Shown: piece by piece, positions 16,842-26,093 of the stretch
Position numbering within the stretch: the stretch's first letter is position 1
How the letters are laid out: each line of letters starts with the position of its first letter
IMG/VR virus record: IMGVR_UViG_3300012942_000118
Location: 1 to 27,441 of that record
Reading direction: 5' to 3' (one strand)
Length of the DNA: 27,441 bases
Source: a virus
Taxonomy: Duplodnaviria > Caudoviricetes
Made by a program: the position numbers and the translations under genes
Notes under the pieces: model-generated
Told to the model about the DNA's origin: nothing
What the model saw: only the letters and a program-made list of their open reading frames with translations
Databases searched by the model: none

Positions 16842-17701
16842 TGCAGAACCTCCAGGGCACGTTCAACGGGCTCGCGTTCGGTCCGGGCGAGGACGTGGGA
16901 TTGATCTCCATCGAGGGGCTTCGTGGTTTCGCGAGCGTCCGCGGTGGGGACACCTCACGTCCTCGCCGGTACGGGTCCGATCCGGGTTTCAACGAGCTGG
17001 ACGAGAAGCAGTTCACGGTCACGTTTCAGATCGCCGCTCCGAAGCAACCGTTCGCGACGGTCGTCAACAGCATGGCTGCCGCGTTGCAGAACATCGAGTC
17101 GCCTACGGGTGAGCTGCCGTTCGAGTGGTTCACGACCGGGTGGGCGTCGCCACGGTTGGTGAATTGCCGCCCCACGTCGGTGACGTTGCCGGTGGATGAC
17201 AAGTACCAGTACCAGAACGTGCAGATCCCGGTGCAGTTCACCGCGTCGGATCCGCTTGTGTACGACTCGGTGCTTTCAACAGCCGGACCGGTCGGCCTGC
17301 CGAGTCCTACGGCGGGGCTCACGTTTCCCGTGAGCTTCCCCGTCACGTTCGGCGCGTCCACGGGCGGTTCGCTGCTACTCACGAACCTGGGCGAGGAAAC
17401 CACCTACCCGGTGTTCACGATCACCGGCCCGTGCACGAACCCCCGCCTGCAGTTGGACGACACCGGGCCCGGGTTCCAGTGCAACATCACGCTCGCCGCG
17501 ACCGACACGTTGGTGATCGACATGCAGAACCACCTGGTGACCCTCAACGGCACCGCGGACCGGGAGAACACGAAAACCACCGGTTCGGCATGGTTCGGCA
17601 TCCCACCAGGAACAACGTCCGTCGCGGTCGGGTCGTCCGACTCCGCGCAGGTCACCGCACAGTTCACCGCCACATGGCGTTCCGCCTGGGGCTTCGCATA
17701 A
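16841..17701 (+). CDS. Distal tail (Dit-like) minor tail protein
   Basis: Directly after TMP; FNGLAFG, FTASDPLVY, GLTFPVSFPVTFG, N.G...YPVFTITGP, WRSAW. Confidence 0.85.
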   Translation: MQNLQGTFNGLAFGPGEDVGLISIEGLRGFASVRGGDTSRPRRYGSDPGFNELDEKQFTVTFQIAAPKQPFATVVNSMAAALQNIESPTGELPFEWFTTGWASPRLVNCRPTSVTLPVDDKYQYQNVQIPVQFTASDPLVYDSVLSTAGPVGLPSPTAGLTFPVSFPVTFGASTGGSLLLTNLGEETTYPVFTITGPCTNPRLQLDDTGPGFQCNITLAATDTLVIDMQNHLVTLNGTADRENTKTTGSAWFGIPPGTTSVAVGSSDSAQVTAQFTATWRSAWGFA

Positions 17702-17716
17702 CAAAGGGGTGAACTT

Positions 17717-18859
17717 GTGGGCCATTCGTGGACGGCATACGCGTACGACATCAACACGAACACGAAGCTCGCCGAACTCGAACCGGCCGGCCTGTCGTTC
17801 GACCGGCAGTTGAACAACGCAGGCGCATGCCAGTTCACCCTCAACCTGCAGACCGGCCACAACAGGGCCGCCGCCGCTCCACTCATCAACATGGGCGGCC
17901 TCCCGTTCAAGGTGTACATCGACCTGGACGGCGAGATCGAGTGGGGCGGCATCTGCTGGACAACGAGCTACACGAAGTCGACGGGCATCTACCAGATCAA
18001 CGGGGCCCAATTCTTCTCATGGCTCGCGCAGCGCCTACAAGCCGCGGACTACTCTGCAACCACATACCCGGACGGCATCGACCCGGCCGTGCTGTTCGCC
18101 ACGTTCCTCGCGGACGCACAGTCCACAGCGAAGTCGGGGCCGGGCGCATCGATCGGGATGCAGGTCAAGGGGGGCACGTCGCAGCTCGGCAAGTATGTGC
18201 CCGGGTACCCGCTGACGCAGGAATCAACCCTGTCGCAGATCGCCACGGACATCATCGATATGAGCCTCCCCGGCGTCGGTGGTATCGACTTCAGTGAAGA
18301 CTCGCAATGGGTTGCTGGTGTCCCGGTCGACACGTTCACGATCTCCTCACCGCGCGCCGGCCGCTCTTCCGAAGTGTCCGGGCTGATCTTTGACCTTGAC
18401 ACGGTGACGGACTACACGTGGCCGACCGACGCGACGGTGATGGGTACCACGATTGTCGCAACGGGTTCCGGCACTGGTACCGCGATCATCGCCGCAACCG
18501 CGCAGGCCCCCGGTCAACCCGTGGGCGGCCTGGGGCAATCGCCCCGACTGGACAAACTGATCAACTACACGTCGGTCACCTCACAGGCGCAGATCAGCGC
18601 CGCCGCTACCGGTTCCGCAGCACAGTGGGGCACCCCCGGTGTCACCCCGACGATCACGGTCCCCCTGTTCGACGCGCGAGGGAACTCGAAGCTCGGCACG
18701 TGGGAGACCGGTGACGATGCCCGCATTTTCACGTCCGGTGACGACTACTTCCAGAACGGCTATGACAAGTTCTGGCGAATCGTCCAACACTCCGTGAATG
18801 TGCCCGATAGCGGGACGCCAACTGTGACGCTCACATTCAACGAACCGCCTGTCATCTAG
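17717..18859 (+). CDS. Minor tail/baseplate hub protein
   Basis: Follows Dit; FDRQLNNAG, WGGI.W, Y.WP.D, W..GDD motifs of actinophage minor tail proteins. Confidence 0.8.
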   Translation: MGHSWTAYAYDINTNTKLAELEPAGLSFDRQLNNAGACQFTLNLQTGHNRAAAAPLINMGGLPFKVYIDLDGEIEWGGICWTTSYTKSTGIYQINGAQFFSWLAQRLQAADYSATTYPDGIDPAVLFATFLADAQSTAKSGPGASIGMQVKGGTSQLGKYVPGYPLTQESTLSQIATDIIDMSLPGVGGIDFSEDSQWVAGVPVDTFTISSPRAGRSSEVSGLIFDLDTVTDYTWPTDATVMGTTIVATGSGTGTAIIAATAQAPGQPVGGLGQSPRLDKLINYTSVTSQAQISAAATGSAAQWGTPGVTPTITVPLFDARGNSKLGTWETGDDARIFTSGDDYFQNGYDKFWRIVQHSVNVPDSGTPTVTLTFNEPPVI

Positions 18860-18868
18860 GAGGCGCTC

Positions 18869-19615
18869 ATGGGTCAACCGAACCGCGGACCTGATTACGC
18901 GCTTCTCGACCGCCTCATCCAGCTCGAGAAGCAGGTCAAGGCGCTGTCGACCCGTGACGTGCTCGCGAACTCGTCTATTACGCAGGGCGGCCTGACTGTG
19001 TCGGGTGGCGGCTCCGTCACTGTCAACGGTGGCGGGTCGATCAACCTGTCGGGTGGTGGGAATCTCAACGTCACGGGCGGTGACATCGATCTCAGCGACG
19101 GCAACATGAACGTCACCAACAGCGGGTCCATCGCCGTCACCGGGACAGGGAAGGTCACGGTCGACGGGCTCGCGCTTTCCGCAGTCACGTCCAAGTCGGC
19201 GGGTGCTCTAGCGACGAACTTCGCAGTAACAACGACTCGCACTGCTCAGGCAAGCGCATCGATCGCAGTCCCTACCGGTTTCACCACAGTCGTTCTCATT
19301 CAGTACACGCAGGCGAACCTGTTTCTCTCGGGAAGCGCGCTTGACTACATGTATCTCGGGATGACCACGACGATCCCAGGCTATGAAGCGAGCTCGTCGA
19401 CGGGTCCTGCAGTTTCCTGTCAGGGCAACTCTGGCACATCGCCCGCTGCCGGGTCGTGTGCTCCCTACCAGACGGTCCAGAACACGCTCACGATCACCAA
19501 CATCCAGGCTGGCACGATCACGGTCACGTCTGACGTGTGGATGAACTCGAACGATTGGCCTGCCGAGACGAGCAACAGCGTCGCGATCTATCTGACCGCG
19601 TTCTTCCTTCCCTAG
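18869..19615 (+). CDS. Minor tail protein (candidate receptor-binding)
   Basis: N-terminal coiled coil, Gly-rich beta repeats (GGSVTVNGGGSINLSGGG), C-terminal beta domain; AGGAGG RBS. Confidence 0.75.
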   Translation: MGQPNRGPDYALLDRLIQLEKQVKALSTRDVLANSSITQGGLTVSGGGSVTVNGGGSINLSGGGNLNVTGGDIDLSDGNMNVTNSGSIAVTGTGKVTVDGLALSAVTSKSAGALATNFAVTTTRTAQASASIAVPTGFTTVVLIQYTQANLFLSGSALDYMYLGMTTTIPGYEASSSTGPAVSCQGNSGTSPAAGSCAPYQTVQNTLTITNIQAGTITVTSDVWMNSNDWPAETSNSVAIYLTAFFLP

Positions 19616-20067
19616 TTCGACGGCGCTGCCTGTTCCGGAGCGGCGGGTGTCAGGCTCGGCGCTACTGGTGCCGGGGGTGCCTGGATCACCCCGTTCTGCT
19701 CGACGGGTGCACCCGGCTGAACGACCGGCGTCTGTGACGAGTCTGTCGATGTCGTGCTCGGCGCGGTCTCGGTTGTCTGGGTGGGCGTCGTGGTCGTCGG
19801 GTCGGTCACTGTGGGCTCCTGGGGTGCGGGCGTCTGAACGGGCGCTGAGGTCACGACGGGCGCTGGCGTGCTCGTCGGGCTCTGGGTGGGTGTGGTGACG
19901 GTGTACGTCTCCGCGGGCTGAACGGTCGGCGTCGAGGTTGACACCGCGACGGTGGGGGTCGGTGCGGGTGCGCTGTCCGCGTTCGCGGTGACAACGCCGG
20001 TGATGATCGCGGCGGCCGCAACAAGCGTGGCACCGGAGCCGATGCTCGCCCATCCGAACTTGTTCAT
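19612..20067 (-). CDS. Secreted/membrane-anchored Pro/Thr-rich protein (moron-like)
   Basis: N-terminal hydrophobic segment ending TANA-DS, then P/T/Q/S-rich disordered region; fills the gap between two tail genes on the opposite strand. Confidence 0.75.
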   Translation of the reverse strand: MNKFGWASIGSGATLVAAAAIITGVVTANADSAPAPTPTVAVSTSTPTVQPAETYTVTTPTQSPTSTPAPVVTSAPVQTPAPQEPTVTDPTTTTPTQTTETAPSTTSTDSSQTPVVQPGAPVEQNGVIQAPPAPVAPSLTPAAPEQAAPSN

Positions 20068-20163
20068 GGTCTCAGTTTGCCCCTGTTGGTGGGGAAAGGC
20101 CAGAAGTTTTTTGAATCTCGTTAATTACCCCCTTGCGGGTGTCGGCTCTTTGGAGGACAAACC

Positions 20164-21051
20164 GTGACAGTGCAGCTTGTGCCCTATGCACTTCAGAATG
20201 CGAGCCATTCTGCGGCGCTGTTCCGGCAGGCCGCCACCGCCCCATTCTCAGCCCCCGGGATCCTCGGTGTGGGCGAGCTGGCGGTGACGCAGCAGTCGTC
20301 CCCGAACATGTCGATCCAGTTGGGTGCGGGCCGCGCCATGGTCGCCGGCACGTACATCACACCCCCGTCGGGGTTGAACTTCACGACTCAGGGCATGTAT
20401 TTCGTGCTCAACGACGCGCCTGTGACTCTCACCGTGTCGGCGGCGGACGCGACGAACCCGCGCATCGATGTCGTGTATGTGCAGGTGCAGGATTCGTTCT
20501 ATTCCGGGTCGAACAACCAGACCATTGCGGGCATCGTCACCGGCACCCCGGCAGCATCTCCCACGGTCCCGGCGGTCCCGTCGAACGCGCTCGCGATTGC
20601 GCAGATCAGTGTGACAGCGAACGCGACGGCGATTCAAGCGGCGAACATCAGCATGATCGCCCCGTACGCCGAAACGTTGAACCGGGTCCTCGGGAAGGCT
20701 ACCGGACCCGCAGCTTCCACTGATTCGTCGTCGTCGGTGGCCATGGCTTCCGTGACCGTCAACGTCGTTGCAGGGCAGACGTACCTCGTCTCCGGGATGG
20801 GGCAAGGTCAGCGGGTCACGTCGGCCGGTGCGGGCATCCTGTCACTGTTCGCTGCCGGGTCGGAGATCGAACGGATCAGCGGCGCGTCAACGGATCAGAT
20901 CGCATCTCAAACCCCGATCTCCGGTTCCGGGTGGACGTACTACACGGCGACGACGACGGGCCCAGTCACGTTCGCGTTCCAGGTGAACGGTTTGACCGGC
21001 GCGGCACGGTTCGGCGCGAACTCGTGCCAGATCAAGGTGGAGGTGGCCTGA
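20164..21051 (+). CDS. Minor tail protein
   Basis: AVTQQSSPNMSI, ADATNPRIDVV, P.VPSNALAIAQISV motifs; GGAGGA RBS. Confidence 0.85.
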   Translation: MTVQLVPYALQNASHSAALFRQAATAPFSAPGILGVGELAVTQQSSPNMSIQLGAGRAMVAGTYITPPSGLNFTTQGMYFVLNDAPVTLTVSAADATNPRIDVVYVQVQDSFYSGSNNQTIAGIVTGTPAASPTVPAVPSNALAIAQISVTANATAIQAANISMIAPYAETLNRVLGKATGPAASTDSSSSVAMASVTVNVVAGQTYLVSGMGQGQRVTSAGAGILSLFAAGSEIERISGASTDQIASQTPISGSGWTYYTATTTGPVTFAFQVNGLTGAARFGANSCQIKVEVA

Positions 21052-21938
21052 TGGGTGCAGGCGATTATTCTTACGCGCGCCCGGGCGGCGCGGTTCTCAA
21101 AGCGGCTGGCATCACGGCTGTGGGCCGGTACCTGGCAACGGACGACCGCGGGCTGACGAAGACGGAGTACGCCGACCTCACCGCGAACGGCATCGCCGTG
21201 TGGCTGATCTATGAGGGCAACGCGCAGGGCATGTTGAACGGCCGCGCGCAGGGCATCTCGGATGCGCAGTTCGCCCAGTCGCAGATCACCGCGCTCGGCC
21301 TGCCATCCGACTCGCCCGTGTATGTGGCGGCGGACTTCGACTGTTACACGGCCGCGCAGATGGCCGCATGCGACGCCTACTTGCAGGGTTGGGAGACGAT
21401 CATCCCGCTCTCCCGCACCGGCTTGTACGGGGGCCTGTACTACCTGAAGCACGTTCACGACGCCGGGCTCGCGTCCGGGTTCTGGGAGTGCGCCTCAACG
21501 TCGTTCCGGCACGGTGTGACCCCGGATGAGATGCCGGTGCAGATCCGGCAGACCCTCGCGAATCCTGGCGTCCCGAACCTGGACGCTGACACGATCCTCG
21601 CCACCGAATACGGGGCGATTGGCGACCCTTTGGAGGAAGATATGCCACTCACCGCAGCAGACATCAGCGCCGTTGCTACCGCCGTCACGCAGGAACTCGC
21701 GACCAGCGAACCGTTCCTCGCCGCGATCTCGAAGACGGTCGGCGGCGCTGACACGACGATCCTCCGTTCGGCGGAGTTCTCTCAGGCGACGCTCGTGTCG
21801 AAGATCGTTGCCGCGCTCACCCCCGCGATCGCAGCGAAGACCGGCGTTGACCCTCAGACGCTCGCGACGGACATTGAGAACGCGCTCAAGGATGTCACGG
21901 TCACGTCGACCACGACGCTCGGCACCGCCGGCAGCTGA
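21051..21938 (+). CDS. Endolysin, DUF1906/Rv2525c-like (GH25-like) catalytic domain plus helical C-terminal domain
   Basis: DYSYARP, GRYL, IYE, G..DA..A, PVYVAADFD, TGLYGG motifs; TGATG coupling; upstream of membrane proteins. Confidence 0.85.
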   Translation: MGAGDYSYARPGGAVLKAAGITAVGRYLATDDRGLTKTEYADLTANGIAVWLIYEGNAQGMLNGRAQGISDAQFAQSQITALGLPSDSPVYVAADFDCYTAAQMAACDAYLQGWETIIPLSRTGLYGGLYYLKHVHDAGLASGFWECASTSFRHGVTPDEMPVQIRQTLANPGVPNLDADTILATEYGAIGDPLEEDMPLTAADISAVATAVTQELATSEPFLAAISKTVGGADTTILRSAEFSQATLVSKIVAALTPAIAAKTGVDPQTLATDIENALKDVTVTSTTTLGTAGS

Positions 21939-22324
21939 TGTCTGAGGAGAACATCCCCGGCTGGGGAAGCGTCCTCCTGCAGTTGGTGCAAGGTCTGGTC
22001 GCCCGGTTCGACAAGCTCGAATCGAAGCTGGACCAGTACGCGACGAAATCGGACCTCGCTGATCACAAGTCCTGGGTGCAGGAGCAGTTGCGGGTGCAGG
22101 ACAAGCACTGGGGCGACCGGCTCGGCATCGAAGCGCAAGCCCGCATCGACATGGGCCACGACTTGGCCGCGCAGATCGAGGGCGAGACATCGGAGATCAC
22201 CACCGAGCAGGCCCGTAAGGAGAAGTTCAAGCGCAACGTCGTGTACGGCGCGTGGACGGTCGGGTCCGTCATATTCATCGGCGTGTGCACTCTGCTCGCG
22301 CCGTCAGTTCACGTTCATTTCTAG
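21938..22324 (+). CDS. Lysis-cassette membrane protein (coiled coil plus C-terminal TM)
   Basis: FDKLESKLD coiled coil; hydrophobic VVYGAWTVGSVIFIGVCTLL. Confidence 0.75.
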   Translation: MSEENIPGWGSVLLQLVQGLVARFDKLESKLDQYATKSDLADHKSWVQEQLRVQDKHWGDRLGIEAQARIDMGHDLAAQIEGETSEITTEQARKEKFKRNVVYGAWTVGSVIFIGVCTLLAPSVHVHF

Positions 22325-22333
22325 GAGACTCAT

Positions 22334-22738
22334 ATGTCTACTGCAACTAAGACGAAGGCGGCGGCGTCTTCGATCGTCGCGAAGATCAAGGCCGACGCGC
22401 ACATCTTCACCACCGCGGGTTCGTTCGTGCTCGCCACGGCGGTTCCCGTGTTCCACCTGCCGATCACGTCGACCGAGCAGACGTGGCTTCGCGTGGCGAT
22501 CGCGGGTGCGGGCCTTCTGAGCTTGTTCGTGATCCCATCCAAGGGCGATTCGAGCGCGACGGTCGTCAAGGACCTGACCACGGACGCCACCGACGTGGCG
22601 AAGGTGGTTGAGCAGGTCGCCCCCAAGACGACCGCTGACGTTTCGAGCGCCGCGACTACGGTCGCCGCTGACACCACGGCCGCAGCTTCGACTGTGACCG
22701 CTTCGGAGGTTGTCGCGCCGGCTGATGCCGCGAAGTGA
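22334..22738 (+). CDS. Putative holin
   Basis: Two hydrophobic segments then a polar A/T-rich tail; AGGAG RBS; in lysis cassette. Confidence 0.65.
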   Translation: MSTATKTKAAASSIVAKIKADAHIFTTAGSFVLATAVPVFHLPITSTEQTWLRVAIAGAGLLSLFVIPSKGDSSATVVKDLTTDATDVAKVVEQVAPKTTADVSSAATTVAADTTAAASTVTASEVVAPADAAK

Positions 22739-22818
22739 GCGACGAACGCGACCAGGTAGACGGATATCAGATCCCGGTCGATCCGATGGACGACCTTTGG
22801 TGCGAGTCCTGCCAGTAG
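22735..22818 (+). CDS. 27-aa acidic microprotein with C-terminal CxxC (MSDERDQVDGYQIPVDPMDDLWCESCQ)
   Basis: GTG overlaps holin TGA; stop abuts terminator; fills the intergenic gap. Confidence 0.65.
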   Translation: MSDERDQVDGYQIPVDPMDDLWCESCQ

Positions 22819-22839
22819 CCACCTTCGGGTGGCTTTTTT
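22817..22839 (+). terminator. Intrinsic terminator after lysis cassette
   Basis: AGCCACC-TTCG-GGTGGCT followed by T-run. Confidence 0.85.
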
Positions 22840-22851
22840 GATGGAGGTGCC

Positions 22852-23415
22852 ATGACCGCTTTGGATGCGATCACGGTTGACGCTCACGGCATTGTCGCGT
22901 TGGCGAACTCGGTGTCCTCAGACCCGGATCTGGCAACTACCCCACTGATTGGTACGTGGGTGTTCACGTCGACCCTTTCGGGGCCGACCACGCGCGTGTC
23001 AACGCAGGACATCGTGTCGCTCGCCCCCGTGACGTGTGCGATGGATTCGTTCGGGAACCTCCGCCCCCCGCAGGACGGGCAAGCACCCCCGATCGACGCG
23101 AACGGGAACCTCCTGCTTTTGTGCCCCCAGTCAACGGACCTTCTGGATCAGGGGTGGACGTGGTCCGCCCAGTTCACCCCTGACCCGTCCCTGTCGACCA
23201 TCGCCGGGTTCTCCATGTTGAAGATCACCGGGCAACCCGGCGACACCATCGTGTTGACCACAGCGTTCCCGACGACTCCCACGGTGCAGACGACGCAGGT
23301 GCTCGTCTACGAGGTTTCGAGCTTCGACCCGGATAACCCTGTGGTGCCTGCCGGGTTCCGTGACGGCATCGATTGGATCCTCGACACCTCGACCATGACT
23401 CTCTACACGGATTAG
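22852..23415 (+). CDS. Probable virion appendage adaptor/minor tail protein
   Basis: GGAGG RBS; D.D..PL.G...FT, GWTW...F pattern seen in actinophage fibre N-termini. Confidence 0.65.
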   Translation: MTALDAITVDAHGIVALANSVSSDPDLATTPLIGTWVFTSTLSGPTTRVSTQDIVSLAPVTCAMDSFGNLRPPQDGQAPPIDANGNLLLLCPQSTDLLDQGWTWSAQFTPDPSLSTIAGFSMLKITGQPGDTIVLTTAFPTTPTVQTTQVLVYEVSSFDPDNPVVPAGFRDGIDWILDTSTMTLYTD

Positions 23416-23423
23416 GACGGCTG

Positions 23424-25721
23424 ATGACCACGTTCAAGACGATCGGCCAGCTCACGCAGGCGTCTGACTCCCAGGTCGCCGGGTATGTCACCGACCCGAG
23501 CTCGGCGACCGGAACGGCACTATCGAACACCTTTGGAACGGAGATCAGCACCGCTGGCACCCCGGCGAACAGTGCTGTCTCAACGGCGGTCGAGACGGTC
23601 GGCGGTCAGAACTTCGTCGCAACTGGTGTCCCGCAGGCGATCGCTGATGGTGGCCGTCAGGCGCGTCTGAACGTCGGCGCTCTCGATGAGGCGGTGCTGT
23701 TCCCGAAAGACCCGCGGCCGGCCGCGTTCACGATGGCGCCGGTCGCCGTGTCGGGTGGTTTCGTGTTCCAGCCGAAGTTCGGTGACGTGTACTGGACGCA
23801 GGACGGCGAAGCGCACTCGACAGCTCCGACCTCGGACTTCTCGCTCATGGTCGGCTCGACCTGGTACGAGAACATCGTCTATTCGACGGTCACCCCGGAC
23901 GGCGAGGACGGCTGGACGGCGACAGCGACGGTTGCGTCTACCCCGGCTGTGACGGTGCAGACGACGGTCAAGCGTCTCGATCACGGGGTGTGGCGCAAGC
24001 GCATCGTCCTCACCGCGGCGTCCGCGACGACGGCGATGATCTACCAGGGGTACAACTGCCCGAACTCCGGCAGTGTCACCTGGCGTCACCTCGGCCTCGA
24101 CAACGGCACCCTTTCGACGCCGAGCACGACGACGCAGTATCCGATGGTCGGGGTCGCTGCGCCGCCTGCGACGATCGGCACGACGGCCGCGATCAACGCC
24201 GCGGCGGCCACGGGTGCGACCGCGTTCGCGGTTCCCGCGCAAGCGTTCTGCCTCATGCCCGACACGGGCGTCGAAGGCTGGTGGGGCATCAATCCCGCCT
24301 CCGGCGGATTCATCTACGGCACCGGGGCGCGCCTTGGCCTGTACGCGGGCATGGGCTTCTCGAACGCTGCCGCGATGAACCTCGCCGCAGGCGTCCCGAC
24401 CACGATCGGGTACACGCACTACTCGGCCGTGTTCCCCGGCAGCTACAACCCGTCGACCACCTCGTGGATCGGCACCACGCTCGAGCCGTTGCGTCGCCGT
24501 ACCTTCCAGGTCGCATCCCTCGCGCAGGGCGAGACGTACCCGGACCCGTTCTCGCAGATGCTCGCCGGCGTTGCCCGGTCCCGCGTCGCGAAGGGCTCCG
24601 CGGCGGACACCTCCGGCGCGTTCCTCACCCCGGCACCGAACTATCCCGGCTGCTACACGCGGGACTCGTTCTGGACCCAGCTCGCGCTCCAGGACGCGGA
24701 CGTGTCCCGGCAGTTGCTGTCCCGGTTCGCGGGGGCGATCAACTCCGACAACCGCGCCCCGACGCGCGCCGTGGTGAACACGAGCACCGGGGCGATCACG
24801 TTCGACGAGTACCAGACCGACGACTCGAACCACCTGGTGCTCATGTGGGGTCTGTGGCATCTCGCGACCTTCGGAGAAGGGGTGCTGACCACCACGCAGG
24901 TCAACAACCTGGCGGCGAACATCATCACCCACCTGGACGCGAACAACTACTTCTCGGGCGGCACGAACCCCGTCAACGGGTGGATGGACTCGTTCGCGAA
25001 CCCGTCGAGCGTGATCCCCGCGAACGCCGTCTCCGCGATCATGACCGGCTACTCGTACATCGCCCTGTCGGCGGCGGTGATCCTCGGCGGCACGGTCACA
25101 GCCAGCTACATCACCGGCACCCTCGCCGCCTATCAGTCGTTCTTCCAGACGACCGGCAGCAACTCGTGGGTGCGCACCTTCCTCGACCCGACCACCTACA
25201 CGGATAGCCGCAACTGGGTCGACGTGTCCGCGATCAGCCCCGAGTTCTGGTCGCAGTGGCTGCTCGGCGTGCCGATGCTCACCGACGCTCAGGTTGCAGC
25301 GCACATGGACATGGTGTTCAAGACCCTCGCTGTCGACATGCCCGCGGGGCGCGCGTTCAAGTGCATCGCCAACGACGACGGGTCATACCTGCCCGCAACC
25401 GACTGGAATGGCACCTTCCCGGGTGGCAGCTCCGCCCCTCCCGGGGGCGTCTACCAGAATGGCGGCTCCTGGCTGCTGCACGACTTCCTGCTGCTTGGTG
25501 TTGGGAAGCTGCACAACTACACGAACAACGACCTCGACGCCATGTGGCGGGACCGCATGACCGCCGAGGTGTGTGTGAACTGGACGGCGCACGAGTCGAT
25601 CAGCACGAGCAATGCCTCGGGTGTCGCGCCGATCGGAACGTGCTACCGGCAGTCGTTCAGCTACGGCTGGAACGCGGCGATCCTCGCCCTGCGCAGCTTC
25701 GCCGGACTGAAGTCGTTCTGA
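23424..25721 (+). CDS. Tailspike/depolymerase-like protein with C-terminal six-hairpin (alpha/alpha)6 glycosidase-like domain
   Basis: N-terminal DSQVAGYVTDPSSATGTAL fibre motif; YPGCYTRDS, GWMDS, YQNGGSW, HE, YGWNAA; AGGA RBS before ATG 23424. Confidence 0.75.
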   Translation: MTTFKTIGQLTQASDSQVAGYVTDPSSATGTALSNTFGTEISTAGTPANSAVSTAVETVGGQNFVATGVPQAIADGGRQARLNVGALDEAVLFPKDPRPAAFTMAPVAVSGGFVFQPKFGDVYWTQDGEAHSTAPTSDFSLMVGSTWYENIVYSTVTPDGEDGWTATATVASTPAVTVQTTVKRLDHGVWRKRIVLTAASATTAMIYQGYNCPNSGSVTWRHLGLDNGTLSTPSTTTQYPMVGVAAPPATIGTTAAINAAAATGATAFAVPAQAFCLMPDTGVEGWWGINPASGGFIYGTGARLGLYAGMGFSNAAAMNLAAGVPTTIGYTHYSAVFPGSYNPSTTSWIGTTLEPLRRRTFQVASLAQGETYPDPFSQMLAGVARSRVAKGSAADTSGAFLTPAPNYPGCYTRDSFWTQLALQDADVSRQLLSRFAGAINSDNRAPTRAVVNTSTGAITFDEYQTDDSNHLVLMWGLWHLATFGEGVLTTTQVNNLAANIITHLDANNYFSGGTNPVNGWMDSFANPSSVIPANAVSAIMTGYSYIALSAAVILGGTVTASYITGTLAAYQSFFQTTGSNSWVRTFLDPTTYTDSRNWVDVSAISPEFWSQWLLGVPMLTDAQVAAHMDMVFKTLAVDMPAGRAFKCIANDDGSYLPATDWNGTFPGGSSAPPGGVYQNGGSWLLHDFLLLGVGKLHNYTNNDLDAMWRDRMTAEVCVNWTAHESISTSNASGVAPIGTCYRQSFSYGWNAAILALRSFAGLKSF

Positions 25722-25767
25722 CCGTCACTATCCGCCTGAGATAGTCGCACTACAAAGCACAGAACAA

Positions 25768-25805
25768 AGGCCCCCGGGTCGCTCTCACGAGCGGCTCGGG
25801 GGCCT
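25768..25805. terminator. Probable bidirectional terminator between convergent genes
   Basis: 17-bp stem AGGCCCCCGGGTCGCTC-tcac-GAGCGGCTCGGGGGCCT (two G-U pairs), A-rich 5' flank. Confidence 0.75.
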
Positions 25806-25816
25806 CATTCGTCGTC

Positions 25817-26011
25817 TCAGGTGATTTTGACGCGGAACCCGTTAGCGGCTTGATTCGCCCACTCACGCAGATACTGATCACTGTCAGGCTGGATCACCAG
25901 CCGGTTCAGCGCTGCTACGCGCAAAAGCTCGCCATAGATCTGCTCTTCCGGTTCGCCTCGCATGCACAGCAGGACGCTGTTGAGGGCGCTCTTCCAGTCG
26001 TTCACGGCCAC
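25817..26011 (-). CDS. Hypothetical protein (64 aa)
   Basis: Protein-like composition, ends at the terminator, divergent from the RHH gene. Confidence 0.55.
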   Translation of the reverse strand: MAVNDWKSALNSVLLCMRGEPEEQIYGELLRVAALNRLVIQPDSDQYLREWANQAANGFRVKIT

Positions 26012-26093
26012 ACCCTAATTCACGCCAGCGACATAGGACGCGACCGTGTACGCGGCTGCCCGGCCGAGGTTCGGCTTGTTTACACTCGAAGAC

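Noticed and set aside
23990-25207. 405-aa alternative-frame ORF inside the glycosidase-like gene
   Set aside because: Arg/His/Pro-rich off-frame translation typical of GC3-biased DNA
18869-25721. Diversity-generating retroelement or invertible tail-fibre cassette
   Set aside because: No reverse transcriptase, invertase, TR/VR pair or flanking inverted repeats seen
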